A DNA stretch of 64,000 bases from an uncultured Muribaculaceae bacterium (GTDB taxonomy: Bacteria; Bacillota_I; Bacilli_A; RF39; UBA660): assembly GCA_964453925.1 (NCBI GenBank), contig CAYVPV010000001.1, positions 46,524 through 110,523 of the forward strand, read 5' to 3'. Positions 7,999-18,067 of the stretch are shown in pieces. Within the stretch, counting starts at the first letter, position 1, and each line of letters begins with the position of its first letter. The translations under genes and the position numbers were made by a program. The notes below the pieces were generated by a model. That model was not told the origin of the DNA. It ran no database searches and saw only the letters and a list, made by a program, of their open reading frames with translations.

Positions 7999-9336
7999 AT
8001 GGAAATAAAATTAGATCCTATGCAAGGATATGTAACAAAACAAAGATTATTTGATCAACGTAAAGCTTTTGGGAGTACGGGAGTTAAAGCAGCAATATGT
8101 TTTAAGGAAGTAAAAGATGGAATGCCAGTAAGTCAAGATATGATAAGAAACGAAGAGGATTTTGCTACTTTAGTTGGTAGAGGACTAAATACTGTTTTTC
8201 AAGAACATACAACACCTAGTGAGCATCAGTATGTGGGTTTAGAAATCGTTGGTATACCAAAAATACTTTGCATGGTATTAAATAATGAAAAACAATATAC
8301 GGCTGATGAAAGATCCCTTAGGTATACTAAGGTAGAACCAAATAATAACATAACGGAAAAAGAAGTTGAATTGTATAATAAATGGATTGGTGTTTTTACT
8401 AATTTAATAGAAAAGAAAATGGGAGATTTTTACCGTAAATTTAGTAAAACTGAGAATGCTTATAAAAAATCTATTTTAAAAATGGCTCAAGAAAACGCGA
8501 GATATATGGTTAGTGTTTTTATGCCTACAACCACAACTTACACAGTTCCGTGGATACAAATTAATAAAATTCTTGTGTACATGCAAAAGGTGATTGATAA
8601 TCCAATTGACGATTTGGAAAAATTGTTAGTTCCTTATTTTAAGGAATTTATTAATACATGTATTAATTTAGATGTAGCGATAACTAAAGACAGCATTTAT
8701 AGAAATCTTTTATCTGATGAAAAAGATAGAGAGAAATTATTAAAAAAACATCCTGAAATAAAAGATTATAAAGGCGATAAAACTTTAATTTATAAAAATA
8801 ATAAAGATGTTGATTTAAGTTTGTTTGCAAATAGAAATGTATTTTCTGCAATTAATGACGATAATGAATATGGTCATAATATATCATATAATAATTTTGA
8901 ATCTTTTGCATGTCTAGCTCAAGAACAAAGACATAGGACAATCAGTTGTGAAATGTTAATTCCAGATGAATTTATGGCTTATGTTCCTCCAATAATAGAG
9001 GATGATGAAATTTTAGTTAATGAATGGATAAAAGATATAACTAGTGTTAAAAACGTATATCCACAAGGGCAGTTAATTAAGGTAAATCGTTGTGGAACAC
9101 TAAAAAATATTTTGAAATATGTTGCTCAGGAAAGAGCTTGTGATAGGGCGCAGTTAGAAATAGAAAGAGTATATGTAGATGATATGATACCAAATATATA
9201 TGAGAGTTTACAAAATAATGGAAATGGTGAGTTAGCTTTGAAGGTAAAACCATATGTAAAAAAATTAAGATGCACGTTTCCTGGATATCATTGTCCTGGT
9301 ACATGTGGTCATCCTAGAATAAATAGAGATTTGTAA
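7999..9336 (+). CDS. ThyX-like flavin-dependent thymidylate synthase, tandem (pseudo-dimeric) form with a Cys-rich tail
   Basis: RBS ggaggtag precedes the ATG at 7999. The N half has TPSEHQYVGLEIVGIPK...ERSLRY (ThyX core, but RHR is replaced by NNE). The C half has QRHRTIS and AQLEIERV. The C-terminus reads CTFPGYHCPGTCGH. Confidence 0.6.
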   Translation: MEIKLDPMQGYVTKQRLFDQRKAFGSTGVKAAICFKEVKDGMPVSQDMIRNEEDFATLVGRGLNTVFQEHTTPSEHQYVGLEIVGIPKILCMVLNNEKQYTADERSLRYTKVEPNNNITEKEVELYNKWIGVFTNLIEKKMGDFYRKFSKTENAYKKSILKMAQENARYMVSVFMPTTTTYTVPWIQINKILVYMQKVIDNPIDDLEKLLVPYFKEFINTCINLDVAITKDSIYRNLLSDEKDREKLLKKHPEIKDYKGDKTLIYKNNKDVDLSLFANRNVFSAINDDNEYGHNISYNNFESFACLAQEQRHRTISCEMLIPDEFMAYVPPIIEDDEILVNEWIKDITSVKNVYPQGQLIKVNRCGTLKNILKYVAQERACDRAQLEIERVYVDDMIPNIYESLQNNGNGELALKVKPYVKKLRCTFPGYHCPGTCGHPRINRDL

Positions 9337-9415
9337 AATATCAGTATTTGGTCTTTTAATTGATAAATAAACTTTAGTAGTGTATAATATAGTTAATTTT
9401 AAGGAGGTTTTGGTT

Positions 9416-10522
9416 ATGAAAAAAAATGAAGAAATGGTATATCAAGAAGTAATGGATTATATTAATGCACCAAAACATAATAGACCATGTACTTTATCAA
9501 CTATAAAAAAAGATTTAAGAACAAAAGATGTTGTAGAACTGATTTTTTCAAGACCCGATATATTTAAATTAGATGTTGAATTCCCGTTTATACCAGAAAA
9601 TTGTATGGATGAAGAGTTTGTTAAAAAATTATTGCTTGGTAACCCAACAAGAATAAACTTTATGAATGAAAAAAATGAATATTTGATTAAAGATGAATAT
9701 TTAACATATCCAGTTTTATTAGCTTTTTATATATCGAAAAATATATATGAATATAAATCACGTAAAATTTGGGGTAAAAGCTCTGAAAAAATATGTTGCA
9801 AAAGAAATATTTGGATGTTTGAAAAAAATCTTATTAGTGATGCTGATAATTTAATGGATAAAATTATATTAGAAAATAATAAAGATATTTTTAGATTAGG
9901 TATAGATAAAACTTTATGTTATTTAAATGAGTATTTATCTACAATAGAAATTCCAAAATATAAAGATGATGAATGCGGCCGTTATAAGAAAAAGTATTCT
10001 TATGCAAAATTTGACTTAGAAACTTCTCTTTTAATTCTTGTGAATGGAATGCCAGATTCAGGTAAATCAAAGATAGCTAATAAGTTAAGTTATGTTATAG
10101 GTGGATTGCATATCGATACAGATACAATTGTGGAAAGACCAAGTCTTAATGATATTGTAAACCAGCGGCGTAATGTAATTATATTATCAGATACATATGC
10201 TTTTCACTTTTTTAGTGAAAAGGAAATGAAAGGTTTTGATGTTATCAACATTATAGTAAAACCAAGTTCTATAGAAAAACTTCATAGGAACTCAAAATAT
10301 TTATCAAATATAGATTTAGATACACATAAGAAAAATGAACTAGATAAATTTACACATAGATATGACTATCTAGAAAACCCAATAATAGTTATAAATGATT
10401 ATGAAAATATAGACGAAAAGATTGATATTATCGTAGACGAAATAAAAGATAGATTATTATTAGAGTTTGTGGATGATGGATCAGCAAAAAAGTTTGTTAG
10501 AAAAACAAAAAAAGACCAGTAA
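9416..10522 (+). CDS. hypothetical protein with a C-terminal P-loop NTPase/kinase-like domain
   Basis: RBS aaggagg precedes the ATG at 9416. Walker A is NGMPDSGKSKI. The N-terminal 200 aa are unassigned. Confidence 0.5.
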   Translation: MKKNEEMVYQEVMDYINAPKHNRPCTLSTIKKDLRTKDVVELIFSRPDIFKLDVEFPFIPENCMDEEFVKKLLLGNPTRINFMNEKNEYLIKDEYLTYPVLLAFYISKNIYEYKSRKIWGKSSEKICCKRNIWMFEKNLISDADNLMDKIILENNKDIFRLGIDKTLCYLNEYLSTIEIPKYKDDECGRYKKKYSYAKFDLETSLLILVNGMPDSGKSKIANKLSYVIGGLHIDTDTIVERPSLNDIVNQRRNVIILSDTYAFHFFSEKEMKGFDVINIIVKPSSIEKLHRNSKYLSNIDLDTHKKNELDKFTHRYDYLENPIIVINDYENIDEKIDIIVDEIKDRLLLEFVDDGSAKKFVRKTKKDQ

Positions 10523-10531
10523 AAGGTCTTT

Positions 10532-11557
10532 TTAATAATCATTTAAATCTACGTTTTCTTTTTCTAGGAAATCTTTAAACTTTGTTTTAAATACCTCGGC
10601 TTCTTTTTTTATAACGTCAGAGTAAACACTTTGGCAATTCATTATTGCTTTATATATATGTTTAAATGTAACAAACTCACTATTATCAAATTTAGCATAA
10701 CTAAATGCTTTTGATAAAAGAGCAAGAGAGTTGTCTGGGTACCTTGAACCAAGTTCATAAACTCTTTTGTATTCACTAGTCATATCAACGATAAATTTCA
10801 TTATGTTTTCTATTACGAAAGAAGAGTAAGCAAGTTTAACACCAGTTTGCTTTTCTATTTTAGGATAGGATCCCATTAATATTTTAACGGTTGTTTCTGC
10901 GTCAGGCTCTGCTACATCTATTTTTTCAAAACGTCTTAAAAAGGCTTTGTCCCTAATTAGGTACTGGTTATATTCATCGAGTGTAGTTGCTCCAACAACT
11001 TTTATATCACCTCTAGATAAAGCTGGTTTCATTGCGTTTACAAAGTCTATACCACTATTTCTTGATTCAATAACAAGAGTATGAATTTCATCAATAAATA
11101 AAATTGTATTTGAGGCTTTTTCTACTTCTTTTAACAAAACGTTTATTCTAAGCTCTTCCGTTCCATCTTCAGTTATATATTTTCCAAGTAAAGATGAGGT
11201 GTTAACCTTTATAATATCATAACCTTTAATAGCGTTTGGTACGCTGTTATTTTGTATCCTATAGGCGATTCCCTCTACAATTGCAGTTTTACCAATACCA
11301 GCCTTACCAACTAATATTGCTGATTTATCTGGCGTAAGTAAAGTAAGAATTGTTTTTTCGATTTCATTTTCTCTTGCTATTGCAGGATTGGTAACATACG
11401 TCTTAGTACTTAAATTTTCACCATAAGATTCTAGAACACTTTTTCTTTTTGGTTCTAATGTTTCTTCATTTTTACTTTTTTCTTTATCATCGTCTAGCGC
11501 TAACGTTTCATCTTCAATCATGTCAAACATTTCATCCATAATAAAACCTTCTTTCAT
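10532..11557 (-). CDS. AAA+ ATPase resembling a stand-alone ClpA/ClpB/ClpC D1 module
   Basis: LVGKAGIGKTAIVEGIA Walker A, ILFIDEIHTL Walker B and RRFEKI sensor motifs. The protein is 341 aa and has no D2 domain. An alternative start at 11539 has a better RBS. Confidence 0.7.
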   Translation of the reverse strand: MKEGFIMDEMFDMIEDETLALDDDKEKSKNEETLEPKRKSVLESYGENLSTKTYVTNPAIARENEIEKTILTLLTPDKSAILVGKAGIGKTAIVEGIAYRIQNNSVPNAIKGYDIIKVNTSSLLGKYITEDGTEELRINVLLKEVEKASNTILFIDEIHTLVIESRNSGIDFVNAMKPALSRGDIKVVGATTLDEYNQYLIRDKAFLRRFEKIDVAEPDAETTVKILMGSYPKIEKQTGVKLAYSSFVIENIMKFIVDMTSEYKRVYELGSRYPDNSLALLSKAFSYAKFDNSEFVTFKHIYKAIMNCQSVYSDVIKKEAEVFKTKFKDFLEKENVDLNDY

Positions 11558-11693
11558 GTGAATATTGTACTTTTAATATTATAACAGAAAATGCTTAATT
11601 TTACTAATTTATCAATTAAAAATATTTAAGTTATTTTGTTTACTATTGAATTTTTTTCTGGTATAGTAATATTCATTACAAGGAGAAATTGGT

Positions 11694-11876
11694 ATGGAAC
11701 AAAATAATGAAGAAAAAGCTTATTATACTTTTGGATTTATAAAACCAGATGACATGGAACATAAAGAAGAAATAATAAGAATGATTCAAAATAAAGAATT
11801 AAGATTTGTTTATTGTAAATATATTACGCTTACGGAAGAGTTAATACGGGTGAGTAATGCAACAATATTTTGCTAA
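11694..11876 (+). pseudogene. possible nucleoside diphosphate kinase remnant (N-terminal ~50 aa only)
   Basis: YTFGFIKPDDMEHKEEIIRMI resembles the NDK N-terminus (TFIMVKPDGV...). The ORF ends after 60 aa and overlaps the rsmE start. Confidence 0.35.
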
Positions 11877-12561
11877 AAATAAAGTTCTAGAATTAGAAGA
11901 TAGCGATTATCATCATATCAAAAACGTAATGCGAATGAAAATAGGTGATGTTATTAAAGTAGTATATGATGGTGTTTCATACGAATGCAAACTTACTAAT
12001 GTATCAAATAAATCTTCATTTGATGTAATTTCTAAAAATAAAAAGGAAGAAGATAATTTAATGGTAGATGTTGCTTTTTCACTTATAAAGGAGCAAAAGC
12101 TGAATTATCTTTTACAAAAAACAACCGAAGTAGGAGTAAATGAACTTTTCCCGGTTAACGCCAAAAGAAGTGTTGTGAAAATTAATAGGGAAAAGGAACT
12201 ATCGAAAAAAGATAGATGGCAAAAAATATGTAAGGAAGCTGCAGAACAATCTTTTAGATCAAACGTTCCAGTTGTTAATTCAGTATGTGAATTAACTGAT
12301 TTAACAAAAAAAGAATATGATTTGAAATTATTATGCTCCTTAAATAAAAATACAAAAAATATTAAAAAAGTGCTTCCAAATGATAATAAGTGTGTTAAAA
12401 TATTACTAGTCGTTGGTCCTGAGGGCGGATTTGATTCTAAAGAAGAAGAATATTTATTAAAAAATGGTTTTATAAGTGTGTCACTTGGAAATAATGTTTT
12501 AAGGGCTGAAACTGCTCCAGTTGTAGCACTTAGCATGATAAAGTATGAGTTTATGAGGTGA
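11857..12561 (+). CDS. rsmE: 16S rRNA (uracil1498-N3)-methyltransferase RsmE
   Basis: MQQYFAK...DYHHIKNVMRMKIGD at the N-terminus and VVGPEGGF...LGNNVLRAETA at the C-terminus. Confidence 0.85.
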   Translation: MQQYFAKNKVLELEDSDYHHIKNVMRMKIGDVIKVVYDGVSYECKLTNVSNKSSFDVISKNKKEEDNLMVDVAFSLIKEQKLNYLLQKTTEVGVNELFPVNAKRSVVKINREKELSKKDRWQKICKEAAEQSFRSNVPVVNSVCELTDLTKKEYDLKLLCSLNKNTKNIKKVLPNDNKCVKILLVVGPEGGFDSKEEEYLLKNGFISVSLGNNVLRAETAPVVALSMIKYEFMR

Positions 12562-12566
12562 GTAGT

Positions 12567-13193
12567 ATGAAAAATTTATTTGCAGCAGCGTCTTATTCAT
12601 TCAATAATTTTTATAATAATTTAAATACGCAGGGGCAAATGATTTTTTCTATAATAATGTTTCTTATAACATTATTAGTTATATTACTTTTTATAACTTA
12701 TGTTATACAAGGAATTCAGACTAAAGCTAAATTAAGAAAGATAAAAAATGATACAAGGAAAAATATAAGTTCGTTAATTGATGAACGAAAAGAAACTGTT
12801 AATGTAAACAAGGTAGAAGAAAAAGAACCTTTGTATACTAGTGAAAAAACAGAAATCGAAGATATTGCAAGCGCTATATCTAATGCCCTTGAAGAGGAAA
12901 AACCAATATCTCTTACTAATTTTGAAGAAGATCAAGAAAAAACCGCTATTATATCGATTGATGAATTAATGAGAAAAGCAAAAGAATTGGAACTTATAGA
13001 AGATGAAGAACCTACAGGAATAAATTACTTAGAAAAGTATAATTTGGAACCTGCAGAGATAGATACAGTGATAGACACTGCCATGGATTCAAATTCAAAT
13101 GCTGAAGTTAAAGCTTTTAAGGTTTCACAAATAATTTCACCTATATATGGTGTAAAAAAAGAAGCAATAGATAATAATGACACAAGAGCTTAA
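12567..13193 (+). CDS. hypothetical single-pass membrane protein with an acidic cytoplasmic region
   Basis: RBS gaggtga precedes the ATG at 12567. One TM segment (IFSIIMFLITLLVILLFITYVI) is followed by a Glu-rich region. Confidence 0.5.
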   Translation: MKNLFAAASYSFNNFYNNLNTQGQMIFSIIMFLITLLVILLFITYVIQGIQTKAKLRKIKNDTRKNISSLIDERKETVNVNKVEEKEPLYTSEKTEIEDIASAISNALEEEKPISLTNFEEDQEKTAIISIDELMRKAKELELIEDEEPTGINYLEKYNLEPAEIDTVIDTAMDSNSNAEVKAFKVSQIISPIYGVKKEAIDNNDTRA

Positions 13194-13226
13194 TTTTAAG
13201 CTTTTTATTTTTAGGAGTGATTTTAT

Positions 13227-14516
13227 ATGAAAGTGGCAATATATACATTAGGATGTAAAGTAAATACATATGAAAGTGAGTATGCTGCAAAAGAATTTAT
13301 AAAAAAAGGATATGAACTAACTGATTTTTCAGATGATTCTGCTGATGTATACTTAATAAATACGTGCACTGTAACAAACACCAGTGATCAAAAATCAAGG
13401 AAAATGATTAGACAAGCTAGAAAGAAAAATAAAAATGCAGTTGTAGTTGCAATGGGATGTTTTACTCAAATTAGAAACAACGATAATGCAATAATGGATT
13501 TTGTTGACGTTGTAATTGGAAATACTGATAAAAGTAAAATAGTTGACTTAGTAGAACAGTATAGAAAAGATAGAGAAAAGATTCTTAATATAAAAGACAT
13601 GGCTAATGAGGATTTTGATGATATGGAAATAAGTTATTTTAATACCAGAACAAGAGCACTTGTTAAAATAGAAGATGGTTGTGAGAATTTTTGCTCATAT
13701 TGCATTATTCCATATGTAAGGGGAAAAGTAAGAAGTAAAAAACCAGAAAAAGTTTTAGAAGAAGTAAATTCGTTAGTTAAAAATGGATATAAAGAAATTG
13801 TATTAACGGGTATTCATACTGGCCATTATGGTTTTGATTTGGAAAACTTTGACTTTAGTGATTTGTTAACTGAATTAGAAAAAATAAAGGGTTTAGAACG
13901 TATTAGAATTTCATCTATAGAAATAGTTGAATTAAATGATAAATTTTTAAGTGTATTAAAAAAATCAAAGAAAATAGTAAATCATATACATATTCCACTT
14001 CAGGCTGGTAGTGACCATATTTTAAGATTAATGAATAGAAGATATGATAAGAAGTATTATCTAGACAGAATAAAAAAAATAAAAGAAATAAGACCTAATA
14101 TGGCAATAACTACAGATATAATAGTTGGTTTTCCCAACGAAACAGAAGAAGATTTTTCTGAAACAATGGATTTTGCTCGAGAAATAGATTTTGCCGGAGG
14201 CCACGTATTTCCATTTTCCTCTAGAAATGGAACCCCCGCTGCTAAGATGAGTGGACAATTAACTAAGCAGGAAAAACACGTAAGATGTAAGAAGTTAATA
14301 GCATTATTTGAAGAATTAGAAGAAAAATATTATAAAAAACATATTGGAAAAGAAGTTATAGTAATTCCTGAGACTTATTCTGAAGGATATTTAACTGGAC
14401 ACACTGATAACTATTTAAAAGTTAAATTTAGCGGTTGTGAAGAATTAATTGGTAAGACTATAAAAATACATATAGAAGAATATAAAGATAAAATTTTAAT
14501 AGGAAAAACACTATAA
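13227..14516 (+). CDS. mtaB: tRNA t6A37 methylthiotransferase MtaB (radical SAM)
   Basis: MKVAIYTLGCKVNTYESE N-terminus, CENFCSYCIIPYVRG radical-SAM motif and a C-terminal TRAM-like domain. Confidence 0.85.
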   Translation: MKVAIYTLGCKVNTYESEYAAKEFIKKGYELTDFSDDSADVYLINTCTVTNTSDQKSRKMIRQARKKNKNAVVVAMGCFTQIRNNDNAIMDFVDVVIGNTDKSKIVDLVEQYRKDREKILNIKDMANEDFDDMEISYFNTRTRALVKIEDGCENFCSYCIIPYVRGKVRSKKPEKVLEEVNSLVKNGYKEIVLTGIHTGHYGFDLENFDFSDLLTELEKIKGLERIRISSIEIVELNDKFLSVLKKSKKIVNHIHIPLQAGSDHILRLMNRRYDKKYYLDRIKKIKEIRPNMAITTDIIVGFPNETEEDFSETMDFAREIDFAGGHVFPFSSRNGTPAAKMSGQLTKQEKHVRCKKLIALFEELEEKYYKKHIGKEVIVIPETYSEGYLTGHTDNYLKVKFSGCEELIGKTIKIHIEEYKDKILIGKTL

Positions 14517-14541
14517 AATTAATATTTTTATAGTGCTTTTT
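14509..14541 (+). terminator. intrinsic terminator after mtaB
   Basis: 10-bp stem cactataaaa/ttttatagtg followed by cttttt. Confidence 0.6.
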
Positions 14542-14705
14542 ATTTCGACAAAGTTTTTAAAAATAGTTTATATAATAAAGATCCGAAAGAAAGGAAACTA
14601 ATATATGAACTATTTTGATAAAAAAGTATAGTAGGAGAAAAAAGTAAATGCTAGTTAAAATCTATTATTTATGATAAAATCATATTGCAATGTTAGGAGG
14701 TAAAA

Positions 14706-16895
14706 ATGGAAACATATATAAAAGGAACTTTTAAAAGAACTATTTTTTCTTCTAATGATGGATATACAGTTGGGTTAATAAAAATAAAAGATACTGATGA
14801 TCAGGACCTTTTAGAATATAAAGGAAAACAATTTACCTTTACTGGTTTATTCGCCGAATTAAACGTAGATGAAGATTATATTTTCCATGGGAATTTATCT
14901 GATAATCCTAAATATGGGATTCAATATAAAGTTAATAAATATGAGAAGATAATGCCAGAAGATAAAGATGGGTTAATTTTGTTTTTATCAAGTGATATTT
15001 TTCCAGGTGTTGGGGAAAAAACTGCTGAATCTATCATTGATACTTTAGGTGAAAGCTGTTTAAAGGATATAACTAATGATTATGAATGTTTACTTATGGT
15101 TCCTAAAATGACAGAGAAAAAAGCGATGGATATTCATAATAAATTAATTAAGTATAATGAAAGCTATGAAATAGTTATTTATTTAACAAATTTTGGATTT
15201 AACATGAAAGACGCACTTAAAATTTATAATCATTATTTAGAAGATACAATAAGAGTAATAGAAAATAATCCTTATGAATTAATTGATACGATAGATGGTA
15301 TTACCTTCTCTAAAATAGATAGTTTGAGGAATAAAACTAATGTTGAGCTTAATGACGAAAGAAGAATACATGCTTTAATTATTTATGTTATGAAAACAAT
15401 TTGCTTTACCACCGGGGATACTTATTTAGAATTAGAAACAATTTATAGTGCTGTTAAAAACGTTTATGAAGAAGGTATTAGCGAAGAAAAAATAAACTTT
15501 TATTTAGTAGAACTAAATAGTTTGGGTAAGATAATTATAGAAGACAATAAGTTTATCTTAATTGATCATTATAAAAACGAACATTATGTTGCAACGAGTG
15601 TATATGATTTATCAAATAAAGAAGATACTAAAATAAAGGACATTGATATTAAGATTGAAAGGCTAGAAAATTTTTTTGACATTTTTTATAATGATGAACA
15701 AAAACGTGCAATAAAACAAGCTTTGATTAAAAACTTTTCTATTATAACAGGTGGCCCCGGAACCGGGAAAACCACTATTATAAAAGGTATAACTCAATTA
15801 TACAAAATGACTTCAGGATATTCATTTGAAAAATTAAAAGAACGCATGATACTTTTAGCACCAACGGGAAGAGCTGCAAAAAGAATGAGTGAATCATGCG
15901 AATACCCAGCATCAACTATTCATAGATATTTAAAATGGAATAAAGAAACTGGTGAATTTCAATACAACGAACGTAATAAAGTTAGTGCAGAATTTATAAT
16001 TGTTGATGAAACAAGTATGATAGATATAGATTTGATGGCAAATTTTTTTAAAGCAATGCCAAAAAATATAAAACTAGTATTCATAGGTGACTATAATCAG
16101 CTAGAAAGTGTTGGCCCAGGAAAGGTTTTAAAAGATTTTATTGAGTCTGAAATGATTAATACAATATTTTTAAAGGAAATATATAGACAAGATCAAAATT
16201 CATTTATAACAGAACTTGCATACGAAGTTAATACTGGTGAATTAACGGAAAGTTTTTTAGAAAAGAAAGATGATTATAATTTTATAAGGTGTGAAAATAG
16301 TGATGTGTTAAAAGCTTGCGCTGACGTTGCAAAAAAAGCGATAGATAAAGGATATGATTTAAAAAACGTACAAGTTTTAGCACCAATGTACAAGGGTATA
16401 AATGGTATAGATAACCTAAATAGAATACTCCAAAAAATATTTAATCCTAAGAATGATTCTAAAAATGAAACGTATGATGCAGATGTTATTTATAGAGAAG
16501 GAGATAAAATACTTCAGTTAGAAAACATGCCTGATGATAACGTGTTTAATGGGGATATAGGTTTTATTGAAAAAATAAGTGGGACCGAAATAACCGTTGA
16601 TTTTGATGGTAACAAGGTTAAATATAAACCTAAAGATTATAAAGCTATTAAACATGGTTATGCTATAAGTGTTCATAAAGCTCAAGGCAGTGAATTTGAA
16701 ATAGTTATAATGCCAGTTATAAAAGATTATAGGCTGATGCTTTACCGAAAACTTGTTTATACTGGAATAACAAGAGCTAAAAGATCTCTTATTTTATTAG
16801 GCAATCCATCTGCTTTTTGTAAGGCTGTTTATAATGAAGGTAACAAAGAAAGAAAAACTAATCTTAAAAAAATATTAATTGATAACATTTTATAG
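14706..16895 (+). CDS. recD2: RecD2-type ATP-dependent DNA helicase (RecD/TraA family)
   Basis: ITGGPGTGKTT Walker A, IIVDETSM, and SVHKAQGSEF near the C-terminus. The 729-aa length is typical. Confidence 0.85.
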   Translation: METYIKGTFKRTIFSSNDGYTVGLIKIKDTDDQDLLEYKGKQFTFTGLFAELNVDEDYIFHGNLSDNPKYGIQYKVNKYEKIMPEDKDGLILFLSSDIFPGVGEKTAESIIDTLGESCLKDITNDYECLLMVPKMTEKKAMDIHNKLIKYNESYEIVIYLTNFGFNMKDALKIYNHYLEDTIRVIENNPYELIDTIDGITFSKIDSLRNKTNVELNDERRIHALIIYVMKTICFTTGDTYLELETIYSAVKNVYEEGISEEKINFYLVELNSLGKIIIEDNKFILIDHYKNEHYVATSVYDLSNKEDTKIKDIDIKIERLENFFDIFYNDEQKRAIKQALIKNFSIITGGPGTGKTTIIKGITQLYKMTSGYSFEKLKERMILLAPTGRAAKRMSESCEYPASTIHRYLKWNKETGEFQYNERNKVSAEFIIVDETSMIDIDLMANFFKAMPKNIKLVFIGDYNQLESVGPGKVLKDFIESEMINTIFLKEIYRQDQNSFITELAYEVNTGELTESFLEKKDDYNFIRCENSDVLKACADVAKKAIDKGYDLKNVQVLAPMYKGINGIDNLNRILQKIFNPKNDSKNETYDADVIYREGDKILQLENMPDDNVFNGDIGFIEKISGTEITVDFDGNKVKYKPKDYKAIKHGYAISVHKAQGSEFEIVIMPVIKDYRLMLYRKLVYTGITRAKRSLILLGNPSAFCKAVYNEGNKERKTNLKKILIDNIL

Positions 16896-16980
16896 TATAA
16901 ATAAATATAAATGTTTCATATTAATAATGGCATGATTAAATATGCCGAATTCATATTTTTTAAGAGAAGGTGATTAATAA

Positions 16981-17145
16981 ATGAAAGCACTAAATAATCT
17001 TGGATGGATGCTTTTAGGTGTTGCTGTAGGTTCTGGTGCATTTTATTGTTATAATGAATGTTCTTGTAATGGTGGCATAAAGCAAACAATAAATAAGGTT
17101 AAGAAAAACGCAAGTAAAAAATTAGAAAATATGATGGAACAATAG
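16981..17145 (+). CDS. small membrane protein (54 aa), not in the ORF track
   Basis: RBS agaaggtga upstream. The sequence is MKALNNLGWMLLGVAVGSGAFYCYNECSCNGGIKQTINKVKKNASKKLENMMEQ. A terminator follows. Confidence 0.45.
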   Translation: MKALNNLGWMLLGVAVGSGAFYCYNECSCNGGIKQTINKVKKNASKKLENMMEQ

Positions 17146-17159
17146 TTTCTTTTAAAGAA

Positions 17160-17193
17160 GCGGGATAGCAAATAATTGCTATCCTTTATTTTT
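17160..17193 (+). terminator. intrinsic terminator
   Basis: 9-bp stem ggatagcaa/ttgctatcc with a 4-nt loop, followed by tttattttt. Confidence 0.6.
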
Positions 17194-17206
17194 GCACAAA
17201 AAATAC

Positions 17207-17380
17207 TTGACAGATGGGTTATAGTAATACACATTCGAATGAAGGAGATTATTCGAATTATCACATGAGTCATATGTTTATCGATTATCATGTGAAACAT
17301 ACCAATGATAACAGTGTTACATACAACCTTAACAGGACTAAATTATTAAAATAAAAATTGGTAAATTTACCAATTTTTTT
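17207..17380 (+). ncRNA. candidate small transcript or micropeptide unit ending in its own terminator
   Basis: TTGACA at 17207. Internal hairpins attcgaat/attcgaat and tcacatga/tcatgtga. Terminator aaaaattggtaaatttaccaattttttt at 17354-17380. The downstream gene has its own extended -10 (tgttataat, 17392-17400). Confidence 0.3.
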
Positions 17381-17417
17381 GTTTAATTAAGTGTTATAAT
17401 ATAACTAGGAGGATTAT

Positions 17418-17978
17418 ATGAAAAAGAAAAACTTTAGTTTGTCACTTATAACATCAATTATATTTGTAGTGCTTGGTTTGTTTTTGTTCATAAGACCAGA
17501 TGCAACAATAACTACTATATCATATATAATAGGAGGAGTATTATTAGTATTAGGACTTTTATCAATATTAAGATATTTTAGATCAGATTGTGGTATTAAT
17601 GCACTTGATTTTGATTTAGTGTATGGGGTACTTGTTATAATAGCGGGATTATATTTAATATTTAATCCAACTATGCTTGCAACTATATTTCCAATAATTT
17701 TAGGCATATGGATAATAATTAATTCGGTTACTAAGTTTCAATATTCTTTAGTACTTAAAAAATTAGATAAACCAGATTGGAAATATACCTTATTAATATC
17801 ATTTTTAACTTTTGTTTGGGGAATAATACTTTTATTGAATCCACTTGAAAGTGTTTTAGTAACAACTCAAGTTATTGGTATATTTATTATTATATACGCA
17901 GTATTAGATATAATTGATAACTTTATTTTGAAGAAAAATGAAGAAGATTTAAATAAAATATATATTGAAAAAAAATAA
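17418..17978 (+). CDS. HdeD/DUF308-like integral membrane protein
   Basis: RBS aggagg upstream. About six TM helices in repeated pairs, typical of the DUF308 family. Confidence 0.65.
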   Translation: MKKKNFSLSLITSIIFVVLGLFLFIRPDATITTISYIIGGVLLVLGLLSILRYFRSDCGINALDFDLVYGVLVIIAGLYLIFNPTMLATIFPIILGIWIIINSVTKFQYSLVLKKLDKPDWKYTLLISFLTFVWGIILLLNPLESVLVTTQVIGIFIIIYAVLDIIDNFILKKNEEDLNKIYIEKK

Positions 17979-18067
17979 ACCTTACAATCGAGTAGGTTTT
18001 ATTTTATATAAATTGAATTAAAAATATTTTTATGATAATATATAAATATATAATAAGGTGGTGTACT

